Shown: piece by piece, positions 39,090-51,570 of the stretch | How positions within the stretch are numbered: the stretch's first letter is position 1 | Layout: every line of letters starts with the position of its first letter | Assembly: GCF_000002075.1 (NCBI RefSeq) | Contig: NW_004797654.1 | Span: forward strand, 636,202 to 698,549 | Length of the DNA stretch: 62,348 bases | Direction of reading: 5' to 3' | DNA from: Aplysia californica | Lineage: Eukaryota | Position numbers and translations under genes: made by a program | The notes under the pieces: model-generated | The model's database searches: none | The model's input: only the letters and a program-made list of their open reading frames with translations | Told to the model about the DNA's origin: nothing

Positions 39090-39245
39090 CAGTTTCCGAC
39101 AGGATCGAGAAAATGGAACAATTCTTGTAAAGCGCCCTTTCCAAGGAATACTATGTTGGGCAGAGCTGAGTCTTGACTCTTGAACCATCGAACCTGTAAT
39201 CTCACGATTACACATCTGGTAGACTAATCACAAGACTATAGACGC
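39090..39245 (-). mobile_element. Degenerate CORE-type SINE 5' part
   Basis: Minus strand has ggttcgat followed by ttccttggaaagggcgctttac. Confidence 0.5.
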
Positions 39246-39257
39246 TACTATTATATT

Positions 39258-39579
39258 ATGTGTTGTATGGCATGGGTTCAACAATTTTTATTTTTGTTTT
39301 GTTTTTTGGCTTAACACCATTGTTAACCAATTAAGAATACATTGCTGGTGGGTTTTTTTCTAAAACACACTGATTAAAGGCACAAAAAGTGTAAGTTTTC
39401 AATTTCTACGGACTATCAAGTTTGGAAATAACCAAACGTTGGCGGCCATTTTCTCGCTAATTCCACCTTTATAACCAGGCAGCCCCACATTCTTCAATCT
39501 CAAATAAACAAGCGTTAAAATGATACCATTGCAATAACATGCCCCAAAATTGACTGATTCCACTGCATCATGACACATA
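39258..39579 (-). mobile_element. MITE family A, partial
   Basis: Contains tgattaaaggcacaaaa, ggcggccattttctcgctaa and gattccac..cacata. Confidence 0.7.
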
Positions 39580-39730
39580 AAAGTTATTTATTATGCTGGA
39601 CTTCCTCCAGTATTACTGCCTATCCCTGATAGGGGTGAGCCAAATAGGTGGAGAAACTGAGTGATCCGTAAGCAAAACAAAAAGTTCAAGAATCCTACAT
39701 TATCTACACACAAAGTCTAACGTGGCTTAA

Positions 39731-40532
39731 AGGGGGGGGGGGGTTNNNNNNNNNNNNNNNNNNNNNNNNNNNNNNNNNNNNNNNNNNNNNNNNNNNNNNN
39801 NNNNNNNNNNNNNNNNNNNNNNNNNNNNNNNNNNNNNNNNNNNNNGGTTAGGAGGGGGAGGGGGGAGTTATAAACCTATCTCGGTAACTAGGGCCTTTTT
39901 AGATAAAGCCTTATAGCAAGGAGTTATAGCAGGAAAACATCTCTCAAATGGAACATTATTTTGTTTGTTCAAGTCTACGGTTACCATGGTAACGTCGGTC
40001 ATATTGAATACAAACAACTTTCATAGAAGTAAAAAGGATTTTTATTTACCAACCAAATTTGTTCTTGAATTTGGCACATTGATAGATATACTCGATACAA
40101 AATTTCTACAGTTGTGATCTTGGATATCTCTAATATGAAAATAGAGACGGATAATCTTTTATGCCTCTGAATTCGATTACATAATCATCCTTGTAACTCC
40201 GTTATGAACGTATCTATTTGCTTTTCCACCTGTATAAAGTTAGATTATGAAGTGAATAAAAAGCTCTGAAAATTTCATTGGAATCAAATTGAAAATAAAA
40301 AGTAGATGAGAAAAACTATCAAAAGTTGAAGTTTTGAGGGAAAAAACCCCGACATTTTGTTACATAATGGGCAAAATAAAAGTTCAGAGACAGAAAATCT
40401 GAAATATGTTGATTGAAACACAAAGAGTGTGCATTGTGTAGATTGTCCAGTGGTTGAAGTATCATAATACGTAAAAAGTACAGATACCATAAATTGACCC
40501 CAAAGCATTAACTGCAAAACCAGCCCCTCCCT
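39731..40532. mobile_element. Putative TTAA-target non-autonomous DNA transposon (Kolobok-like)
   Basis: Ends TTAA|agggg ... cccctccct|TTAA. The left TIR runs into a gap, so the pairing is unverified. Confidence 0.4.
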
Positions 40533-40919
40533 TTAATAATGCAGGTTGGTATTTCTAAAAAGGAAAATCTCTTCAACGGTTTAGTTTAAGGTACCCGAAT
40601 GCTTCGTTTTCCTAACATCGATTTTTTTTTCTTTTCTGTGGCCGCAGATCATTCTTCCTCACATATTTTCCGATTGAAGATCGGACGTTAATTAAGCAAT
40701 TTACCGTTCTATCTTCATATCCAAAAGATAGGCAGCCACGGAAAGGTTAAAGAAGCCGATAAAATAACAATGTGGCAAACGGGTTTGTCAAACTGAGTCG
40801 TCGTTCAGTAATTTCAATAGTTAGTCGGTATGGAAAGAACAGAGAAACATTGTTCGTGATTTGTTTCACATTTTTTTTTCACGCCCACCCACCTTTTCTT
40901 CCATTTACCCCTTTCTATG

Positions 40920-41085
40920 GCATGGGCATGGGCACGTTAGCACAGTTGGTATCATGCAGGATTACAGAGTGAATGGCGTTTGTTCGAGTTTCCAACTGGG
41001 GCTGGTTGGTAGAGTTTTAAGACTATCCACACATTTGGTTCGAAGTTATGCGTCGATTGTCGAAGACTATTAAGATTAACTATTC
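40920..41085 (+). mobile_element. Old tRNA-derived SINE
   Basis: A-box-like tagcacagttggt and B-box-like gttcgagt. Confidence 0.45.
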
Positions 41086-41474
41086 AGATGTGGTAGCGAT
41101 AATCCTATCAATTATGCTCTTATTTTCCAGCATTCGCACCTTTGTGAATAGAAGTAGGCTTTCAAAATTTACCAATGAGTGTATTCAATTATCTATTTAA
41201 AAAAACAGCCACTTCCTACAACACACAGCAGACTTTATTTTGCCATTTCTCTCGCAGGGAAAAGGAGAAAACGGTGTGAAAACAACAGTTTAATTCTCAT
41301 ACCTGTAATAGGAACATTGATATAAGTACGATATTATTATTCAACAGGTCAACACAAAGTACTTTGCTTGGTATCTTCTCCCACTGGGAGGGAATCCAAA
41401 TGATAGGATCACTGCAATGGGCTGAGCACGGCTAATCGACTCGTTAAGTTAGAAGTGGCCAGACAGACGAAATG

Positions 41475-41916
41475 ATATGTGTGGGAGCGTGGTGGAATCA
41501 GGATCTAGTCAAAATAATCAAAGTGAAGAAACTTGCATTTCTCCGCAGGTTTGTGAATTTTTATCAAATTTTTGTTTTTTGGTTCAACACCTTTCATGTC
41601 CATTAAAGAACTCATTTTTGAGTGGATTTTTCTGAAGAACGTTGATTAAAGGCGCAAAAAATGTAAATTTTCAGTTACCACGGACTCTTACGCTAGGGAA
41701 ATAACTAATCTTTGGCGGCCATTTTTTCAATAATTTTACCTCTGAAAACAGGTGACCCCCTCCTCCTTTATTTGCAAATATCTCGACTTGTGTTCAAGAT
41801 AATGGATATTTTTTTCATCCAATTAAAGACGAGTGAACAAGCTTTAAGATGATATGAATAACTCCTTATGCCTCAAAATTGGCGAGAGCCTGATTTCACG
41901 ACGCTGCCTCACATAT
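41475..41916 (-). mobile_element. MITE family A copy
   Basis: TIRs at both ends. Reverse complement of 38138-38580. Confidence 0.9.
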
Positions 41917-42309
41917 AGTTGAAGCAAAAATGAAATATTCCGTGACCGTTAAAAAGAGAATTTAGCTCCCATGCCTCTTTGAAAAGTGTGGGCGTTGTAC
42001 ATAACTTACATGTAAACTTTGTACCGTGTTAACATGCAAAAATAGTTCAGGTAACTGGCTAGCATAATCAACGCAATGGACTGTTTTGTTTACCTTTGCT
42101 TGGGAACAATGTCTCAGATCACCCTAACTTTTGATTTAATATTTGAAACGGTTTGAACTGGATTCATCCTTTTTGTCTCTTGTGGCATACACATAAATAT
42201 ATTGGATGCATTACTGTAGATCTAGTTTTTATTATACAAAAAGAGGTAAAACAAAACAAATTCACAAAGTGTTCTTGTCTACTTCTTCCCTGTTTGGTTC
42301 TTTTGCAAA

Positions 42310-43330
42310 CATCAGCTACCACCCTGCATGTTGGAAAAAGTACGTATCCCAAGGCGGTGGATAATCTGGTTCGGCAATGCATCTTCAGAAGAAAAAAAAT
42401 CTTTCCGATTAAAAAAAAAAAGAACAAATGTGAAGTGGGCTGACAAAATGAGTTACTTCTCGGAATTGAGCCTTATGAAAATAGATACATTATCATGCTT
42501 ATAGGAGAAGTTCTTTCAATTTGTAAGTATGAAATAACAAAAGGCATTTAGGATTTAATGAATGTTGCAACAATAGAAAACCTAGAAATTTGTCTCTACT
42601 GTTGATTTTTGGCCAATATCTGCATTTGTGGATTGTGGGAAGTAACTCATTTTGACAGCACGCCTTACAAATATATACATTCCTTGAAGTCCCTTTTTGA
42701 AGATCATAAGAACATTGCCGATGACTGTGGGTATGCAGTTGGGGATATGAAATCGACATATCGGTCGGAGTTACATACTAAAAAATGCAGAGATTCAATA
42801 GGGTTTAAGTACGAAAAGGAAAAGAAAAAACATGAGTGGATGTGTGATATTAAAGGAAGGGAAGATTATACAGTAATACAAGCTCTTGGGACAAGCGACC
42901 AGCAGGTGTATCCAAAATGTTGAGCCTCGAGTGTGTAACAGATAAAGGAAAGAGACACAGTAACTTGGCTGCTTGACATACGAGCTTGGAAAAAGTGAAG
43001 AAATGGCCCCATCACTCTTTCTGTATAACACTGTTCAAGAATCGGAAATAAATCTGTATAGTCTAACAACTTATGGTTTAGCTTTAATACTGATTTACTG
43101 TGCACGTGGAGAAAGGGCAAGCACAGTCATTAACACGGGCATAAGCATTAACGGTGTCAAAAAGAGCAGAAATCTGACCGATACTCTTCTCAAAAGTGAG
43201 GCCGATACATGTATCAGCATCTGGACTGTATGGATTTGCAGGATATGAAAACATATTTTACCTTTCCACAAAAAATTGCCAATGGAAAAACTTGCTATTC
43301 TCATCTTTGATAAGGAATGACAACAGATCT
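42310..43330 (+). pseudogene. Probable Academ-type transposase N-terminal relic
   Basis: Broken frames: YHPACWKKYV, LKSLFEDHKNIADDCGYAVGDMKSTY..DSIGF..EW..D..G.EDY..LGTSDQQ, GERASTVINTGISINGVKKSRNLTDTL and AILIFD. These resemble large invertebrate Academ-like proteins as I recall them. No TIRs found. Confidence 0.5.
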
Positions 43331-43884
43331 CCCTCAGACCAACAACAAGTTCCATCACACGGCGGGGATCAAGCAGACTGTCAGCCTCCTCTCAAGAAAA
43401 GTTAATGACAAAATCGTGCAACAAACATTGAGTCATTAAGTAAGTCTGTTCTTCATGATGTCATAAAAAATGTACGCGGTCAATGCAAGAAAATCCATTC
43501 TTTTTGCCTTTAAGGTTAGCGGCAAGCCTAACATGCAAATTCCTTGTCACAATCAAAGAGGAAAACCATACTCTGTTGAAGGATATTGTTCCATTTTATT
43601 TTCTTGGGAGCCCGGGGGGGGGGGGGGGGGCATTTCATTTTTTTAATGGCATACGAACAGGCTTCTTTCAAACTCTTTAAAGAAAATGGGTTGGCTGACT
43701 TTCGTGTCTGCAGCCTGAACTGTATACCAAGCTGTCCTAGAGAAACATAACGGGAGATGGTGTTGAGTGTATTTCCTTTGTTGAGAGAAGCTCCAGGACT
43801 TGTTGCACAATAGAGGGAGACAACAGTTTCGATACCCATTCTTCATTCAAGAATAAATTAGATTTAAATTGGTCTGCTGGGGCA

Positions 43885-43953
43885 GTAATAGTTGTAAAAC
43901 GCATAGAGCATACTGTAGGGATGTGGATATGCGCTACGTAAATGGAATTATTA
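43885..43953 (+). mobile_element. L2-type 3' tail fragment
   Basis: tgtaaaacgcatagagc...gatatgcgcta...tatta, similar to the tail at 20465-20530. Confidence 0.55.
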
Positions 43954-44461
43954 ATATGTGGGGCATCTTGGTGAAATTAGGCTCTGGTCAAAATAATGAA
44001 AAGATGAATACATTAAATCAATAAACAAAGATATCGGCACTTTCCTTCCGGTTTGACTTTTTTTCTAATTTTTGTTCATAGACTCAACACCTTTTACACC
44101 CATACAAAAACACGTATCCATGTGAATTTAAAAGAAAAAAGGTTGATTAAAGGCACAAAATATGTAATTTTTCAGTTGTAAAGGACTCTCAAGCAATTGA
44201 AGTTACCAAACTTTGGCGCCATTTTCTCACAAATTTTATCATGGAAACCAGGTGACCTCACCTCCTTCAATCGCAAATATTTTGACTTCTGTTCAAAATA
44301 GATGGGTATCTTTTCATTAAAAGTGAGGATGGCGCTCATATGATCTTATGCAGTTGCGACATCGTAAAACCCTCTACTATAACAAAAAGCGAGGCAAATA
44401 CCTTCAATCCACAGTCCCAAAAATTGACTAGAGCCTAATTCCATGGCATCGTGACACATAT
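43954..44461 (-). mobile_element. MITE family A copy with a 56-bp retroposon insert
   Basis: Ends atatgtg...cacatat. Insert at 44329-44384. Confidence 0.8.
44329..44384 (+). mobile_element. Extremely 5'-truncated retroposon (3' stem-loop only)
   Basis: tggcgctcatatgatcttatgcagttgcg..gtaaaac flanked by the TSD aaaagtgagg / aaaagcgagg. Confidence 0.8.
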
Positions 44462-47400
44462 TATTAGTATCAATTTTGTCCTTTTTGTCATTGTTATTAT
44501 TATTAGTAGTAGTAGTATTATTAGTATTATCATTAATAATATTATTATTATTATTATTAATTTTTTTAAATTATTTTTTTTTACTAGGCTTATTACCATT
44601 AATATTACTACTATTATAAATGTCAAATGCCTTACATACAGAAATATTCCCGAAAAAGCTTCACATTCTATGTAAGACAGTTTGTAATTTTAGACCTACT
44701 TCAACAATGACGTGCTTTCATAATACATTTTCAGTTGTGAGCTTCCTATTGTTCTTTAAATCTGCAATGAAAGTAATATTCAAGCAAAATTGACATAATT
44801 CAGAGACGTCAAAACTTATTATAGTGTTTGGAAAAGACCAGCCTATGTTACGTCGTCTTATTTTTCTCTTTACTTTAATTGCAAGTAAATAAATAAGACA
44901 AGCACAAAACTAAACTAACATTCATAAAAGCAGTGTACATGTTATGTAACAGAACATTGCACGTACAAACTGGAGGAGAGACGAAAAATAAGAGGAAACC
45001 AATTGTCTAAACAGTGTAACTACAAAACTCGAGTCACTGTCCAACACCACGTTTCAAGACCAAAATGAATATTATGAATTATGTCAGCCCAGTCGTGAAA
45101 AGTCAGAGACCTATCAAGAATATTGGCGGGGTGTCGAAGCTTTTAGCCTTGAGCATTTGTGAGCAGGACAGTGTGGTCACAGCAACATGATTATTCTCTT
45201 CATTCCTTCTCCGGTCTAAGACGCATTATGCATTATCGCATGATGGTAATTTCGCACTGTATTTCAGCAATAATAATCACAAATACATGTTCTGCATCAC
45301 GACAGGAACCAACAACGAGTGCCCATGCAGCGCAGAAGTGTCAGACGCCAGGATATGTGACCAGATGAGGACGACTGGGACAATAATGAAAAACAAATCA
45401 AGGAGTCTGCCTTTTTTCATGTTAAAAAAAAAAGCAGATAACATACATAAAATAAAATAATAAAAAAATTCGTGTTGCCGATCTGTGTATGGCGGTTCAA
45501 AATGTGCAATAGCATTGCCCTTGGCTTGCATATAGAATATTCTGTATCCGCTACCTCCTTAAAGTGTTGCATGTACCTGCCAAACACGGATAACCCGAAG
45601 TGATTCATGACTTTTAGGGACAAACTTAGTCAGCAGTTGTTTTACCTGTGTTCGGAGAGTTTCTGACGCACAAAGGCATTTCAGAATACATACAATATTT
45701 CTTTATGTCAATTGCCTTTCACGTAATTCAAATGTCGCCAAACGTGTTATCCTAACCAAACGTAAATGGGCTAACCTTGCAATAAATAAAACACATGTTG
45801 GAAAGAGCCACCTAGGTTGGCATTGATACCACGACTATGCACAAAGTAAAGAAAATTGTATAATATGATTGTGAACAAAGTCACACAGTTACTTTCTCTG
45901 GCCTGTCTGTCAACTCCATGAATCCCGTTGACCAAATTCCCTTCGCCAAACCCCTCCCCATCACATACATGACTAGCTGTTCACTCCTGAATCGCTGCAA
46001 ACAGCTCGATAATCTGATTTGTTAACTAAGAAACAGGAAGGCAGAACTGGAGATTTTTGCGATAGCTAAAAGTATCATTAAATAAAAAGGGTAAAGAAGA
46101 AAATGAAAAAGCTTTTGAAAACATTGAATCAGTTGATTAACAACAACAATTATCTTTAAAATAATGTGCCCACAAAGGCTTCTGATCTTAGACACAATAG
46201 AAGACGTGTGGTTTACAGTAGCAGAAAAAATCATGTCACCAACAGGAAATAGAATGTTGATTTGATTTCTCGGGAAATACGTGAAACAATTATTTTTTTG
46301 TACCTGAAAAGGAAATGGAAGGACGTGAAGCTAACGTCAGGGAACAACGGCAAAAGGTAGAAAAGGGAGACAAAAGAGAATTTTAAAAATTCTTTCTGTT
46401 TAAAACGTGAAACCAAATTCCTGCATCCAGAGTGCGGTGAAAAACTCCGAAAGAAATCGGTCGGCCTAAAACAATTAGGATTGACGTAACGAAGAGCAAT
46501 TCTTCGAGCTGCTTTTATTCAATACGTCTCAGAACCACCATAGACAGTTGTTATTTTTGGCCTCTCTCTGGATAACAATCGATATGAGATCTACTCGACT
46601 CGTGACGCAATTCGGCTACGAAAACAACATAGGCGTCCGAAGCTGAGACAGTCAAAATTCTCTTTCGTAAGCGAAATTGACCCCGTGAAGAAAATCTCGG
46701 CTTTGGAAGACAACGCAGGCGCTTGTCATTTGCCCAAATCGTCCAGATACAGTACTGGTTTCTCTCGGTCACCGTTAATTTGATAACCAGTAAAAAAAAA
46801 AAAAAAAGAAAAGAAGAAGTGGAAGCGGACGTTCAAGATTAATTTGTACTTTCAGTTCACGTTTGGCGAATAACCTTCGAGACAAAACAGAAGACCCAAC
46901 TCCCGAACTGCATTCGTTTGAATTTATTGATCTTTAAGTACGTCCACGCTTTGATTCCGATTTAAACCTTGAAGTGGAAACCATTCTGAGCATTCTTTTG
47001 TCCCAACCGAGATTTAAAACGTGTTCTCTTTCAGCAGTTGCCGAGACGTGGGAGAAATGGAATGTCACTGGTCGTCCTTTAAAGGGGGGAAAATGAAGAT
47101 GGTGTCAGACCCACACGCCAACCCCTCCCCCCACCCCCAACATACATTGTTTATTATACGTGTTATTTCCACTGCCATTGACACACTTTAAATCACTTAA
47201 TAAGCAGGCTTTAACCTTGTCTATCAGGGCCATCCCGGACTTAGAGGGATACAACGTCCCGGCAAAAAAGACAGCTACTCGGTTAAAATTATTGTCCTAA
47301 GACCGGAATCGACCTCTGGTCTCTATTGATTATAGATTTTGCAGAATCAAATAGACGTACTCTAACATCAGGTTTTTAAACAAAGCCGCTTCTTACCTGT

Positions 47401-49372
47401 AGACTCGCATGTCGTCTCTTGAGCTTTAAAGGAATGCACACAACTCTTTATTTTGATAGCCAAGAGCGAACCACAATAAGATGTCCGTCAGTATTGGGAC
47501 TTCGGAATGTGGCATTAATTTATAATGTGGTTTTATTTTCCTTATTTTGAACTCCAAATGTTTCTGTCTTACATAAAAGGTCCCCCCCCCCCTCCCCCCC
47601 TCTTCGTTCTGGTCAGCTCCATATAGACTATATTGCGATATCATCATTTAGAAAGCATCGCGGAGAGAAAAGTGGCTTAATGTACATGCCTCAAGTTGTT
47701 GACGATTTTAAAAACTATCTTGTGACTTCATAGGATTACATTATCTGAATATACACGCTCTTAATAACAGAATGAGACCCGCCCATTTAATCACTTGAGA
47801 GGATATCCACGCAAGCAACAAGAGGTTCTCTTTCCATACATTGTCAACTGACATCTCTGTTTTTTGTGACATATCCCATACACACAGAGCTAGCCCTGTC
47901 AGGCAGAGTCGAAGCTGCCAAGCTTATACGTTATCTGAATTGATTCAAATATGATTTTAAGACACTATTACGACAATCATATTGGAAATCGAAGCAAGAC
48001 CCTCTGACTGATGAGAAAGTCACCCTTCCAAAAAGAAACAAATTCTGGCCTCCTTTCTAGGCACAACTTATGATCAGCTTCTGTTCCATAAGACCTCCCA
48101 CCTTCCCCCAATTAACACACATTCAAGGTGGGTGGGTGGTGGGTGCTCTGCGTGGTTTGCTAGTTTTTTTCTTTTTGCTATCATCCATATCTCTCCATCG
48201 TCTTGCTTCTGTTTGTTACTCTCTCGTGACCCCTCTAATCGTCTCTCGTATATGATCTGTGTTTCCAGTAACAGGCTTACTAAAACACACCCTAACATAC
48301 GAATGCCACAAGGGTCAAAATGAAAGAATGCCACGCCCCTCAAAATGTAAGACAGCCCCCATCCCCCTTAGCGGCCTTTGAAAGGGAAACAAAGAGTAAC
48401 CTTTTTAATGGACAGTGCAGTTGCTGCCATCCAATGAATATTAAGAGGTGCTATTTGAAGCTAGAAGAATTAAAAAACACCTCACAGGCAAAAGAAGTAT
48501 AAGGATTCATTCAGTATATTTAGCATTTAACGTTCAAGTGTGGCCATCCTGTGCTGCATGTTTCAAGATTTAGGGGGCTTGGCATTTATTTATAAACTGA
48601 CAGTCGTATTCATAAAATGTATCTAAACATATCAGCCGTGTTATGTTTAGAAAGGACTGTAGTATCTGCGCCCTTGGTGTACTAAAAGTTGTTTCACATT
48701 TGGACACGGCCAATTTTGTCTTCCAACTTCTCAGCACCACAAACTGTGCAATAACTCTACCTCTATTTAAATTATTTGTACAAATTTACAATAAGTTGAA
48801 CGAGAATTTTTCATGTTATAAATATTCAGCCTGGTCATAGACTAGTTGGACTTGTTGGGGTTACAGAATTGGGTTTTTTAATTATTGGCTGTAACTAATT
48901 GCGAGCCATGGGTTTGCTCGACACTAAGAGCTAATAAGCCAAAATCAGCGCAATTATTTAGATCATACAGATTGCTTTGACCTTTCCTGTCAGGACCAAC
49001 CTGAGTTGAGAGGGGTGCAACGTCCCAGGAGACAGACAGTGACTTTTGATTAAAAGCCACCCAACAAGGGGACTCGAACTTAATTCTGCTGGGTGCGACA
49101 GTAAGGTGTTTACTGATAACACAGATGCCATTACATGTTTTTCTCCTTTCGCGTGGGTGTCACTGCCATTGTTATTGGAGAAATATTGAGCGTATCCAGA
49201 GCCGTCAAGTCAAAGACGTTTATTGCAGGGCCAAATCCACGGTGTAATGGGCAGTTTATGAGCTCTGCTGACAGTAAATAAATGGAGTGTTGCTATAATG
49301 TACAATAAAAACAGAAATTTAGAGAATTGTTTTCCATATGATTATGCGTAGCATAGTTTTGGTATGATTGTA

Positions 49373-49442
<70 letters not shown>

Positions 49443-49711
49443 CGGGCGAGTGCGTTTGTGTGTTTNNNNNNNNNNNNNNNNNNNNNNNNNNNNNNNNNNN
49501 NNNNNNNNNNNNNNNNNNNNNNNNNNNNNNNNNNNNNNNNNNNNNNNNNNNNNNNNNNNNNNNNNNNNNNNNNNNNNNNNNNNNNNNNNNNNNNNNNNNN
49601 NNNNNNNNNNNNNNNNNNNNNNNNNNNNNNNNNNNNNNNNNNNNNNNNNNNNNNNNNNNNNNNNNNNNNNNNNNNNNNNNNNNNNNNNNNNNNNNNNNNN
49701 NNNNNNNNNNN

Positions 49712-50158
49712 AAAATCAAGAGCTCGTCAGGTTTTTTTGGGTACATGAAGTTATTGGTATGACCTTAAAGCCACTTTGTCTCTCTTCTGATGAGCACAAA
49801 ATATAATAATACCCATCTTTCTGAAATAGAAGTTGAGATATTTGTAATTGAAGGAGATTAAATTGGAGTACGCCTTTTGTCCGAGGTAGAATTGTCGAAA
49901 AATGGCCGCCAAGGTTAGGTGGCTTCCAAAGCAAAGGTGTTAATGAAAACTGAAAATTTACATTCTGTGTGACTATGATTAAGGTTCTTCAGTAAATTTC
50001 ATATAGAAATATGTTTTAAGATATTCGAAGTAGGTGTTGAGAAAAAAACAAAAACACAACAAGCAAACAAACCAAAATGCTAAGGGACCAGAAAAAATGC
50101 GGTTTCTTTGACTTTTAAATTATATCGAGTGCGTGAATTTACAAAATGCCGACTCACA
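49712..50158 (+). mobile_element. MITE family A copy, degenerate
   Basis: Contains gagctcgtcagg, agttgagatattt, aaaatggccgccaa and aactgaaaattt in the expected order. Confidence 0.7.
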
Positions 50159-50199
50159 GAGATCTAGATAATAAAATATGAGTTATTTGTTGGTTTTCG

Positions 50200-50975
50200 C
50201 AACTAGAACATACTAAAAAATAAAATAGTCAATGCCAAACAAAGAGAGCGTAACGACCGACAGAACAACTTACACATGCAATTTTGAAAACAACAAAATT
50301 CTGTCATCGCCAGTTTCTCGGATCACAATTTAGTCTTGACAGAACAAAACTGCTTGTGACTTGGTAGATAAAGATTGTAAAATGAATTGTATTCCACCGA
50401 GTTTTTACCAATAGCTATGCACAGAAAGGACCATGTTGATTGTTACAACTAGATAAACACCAAAATGCACATTCTCAACGGCTTAGACTCCAAACATAGC
50501 CATAACAGCTTACCAAGGAAATTTTGATAGCTAAGAAATGAGGTTATTTCCGGCAACTTGGGTCATAACTTTGGCTAAAATCTAGTCAATACAAAGTTGC
50601 TTTCAACATTGCAGATAAAGGTTGTCAAAAATTTGTTTGCTTGTTGTTCAACTTGACAAATACAAAACTAATATAGAGCAAATCTCCGATCGTAACTTGG
50701 CTTCGCTAGATTTTAGTCAATGCAAAGCTGATTTGAAAACTGCAGACTAAAGTAGTAAAGTTTTTGGTTTTTACAGCTAGACATACACAAACATGAAATG
50801 GACCATATTATCAAACACTGGCAGTGATATGACCGACAGAATAACTTACGTTAATGACATTTGAAAAATAAAGAGTTTCTGCAGTTTCCAGCATCTCAGA
50901 TTAAAACTAATCTTGGCTTGAGTCTAGTCAGCATAAAGCTACTAGTAACATTGCAGACAAAATTTGTAAAACAAG
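50200..50975 (-). repeat. Inverted array of the satellite at 455-1890
   Basis: gagagcgtaacgaccgac (50244) is the reverse complement of gtcggtcgttac(a/g)ctctc. Repeated ttgcaga.aaa.ttgt.aaa and ctagtcaa blocks follow. Confidence 0.65.
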
Positions 50976-51344
50976 TTCGCCCTAGGTTTGTTTGAGTTTA
51001 GATCTACATTTATAGGCCCTGCCGTCTAAGGAAACATTCACAGTTTCTAGTACAATATGATTGTTTTTTTTTTTACACATTTCCCTCTACAGTGTCTCAA
51101 AATGACCTTGCCTACCCTCAGACGTTCTTACAGCCACAAAAAAGGATTGCTCAACTTTATGACAAGATATTATTAGAAACATCTTATGCGTATGTGCCGG
51201 AAACAGCTGTTAAGCCTTGATGAACATGGTTCTATAACGAGGGCATGGACAAGCGCAAATCTGCTCACATGAAGCCTGGGAATAATTTACAATACCATTA
51301 GGTTAGAAAATACCTCGCAAGCAACTCGGCAGAAAACATTCACT

Positions 51345-51570
51345 AGAGTCTGAGTTGTAGCGATAAGACGTATCGATGCGACACGCTGAAGACCCGAGTT
51401 CGATTCCCGTGTTGGGAGACTTTTATAGAGTATCTCTGCTTTTCTGATGGGCCAGTGTATCCTATCATAATCAATCGTGGGTTGACCGTAATAGAAAGTC
51501 AAAGCCAGTCTCCTAGACGGTTTACACTGTGTAGGCGGGGGTGTGAAAAACATAATATAATTTATCATTT
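51345..51570 (+). mobile_element. tRNA-derived SINE
   Basis: B-box gagttcgattccc and a 3' gtgaaaaacataatataat tail. Confidence 0.55.

Noticed and set aside
48000-48045. Hammerhead ribozyme-like ctgatgag...gaaac
   Set aside because: No convincing stem II or flanking stems I/III.
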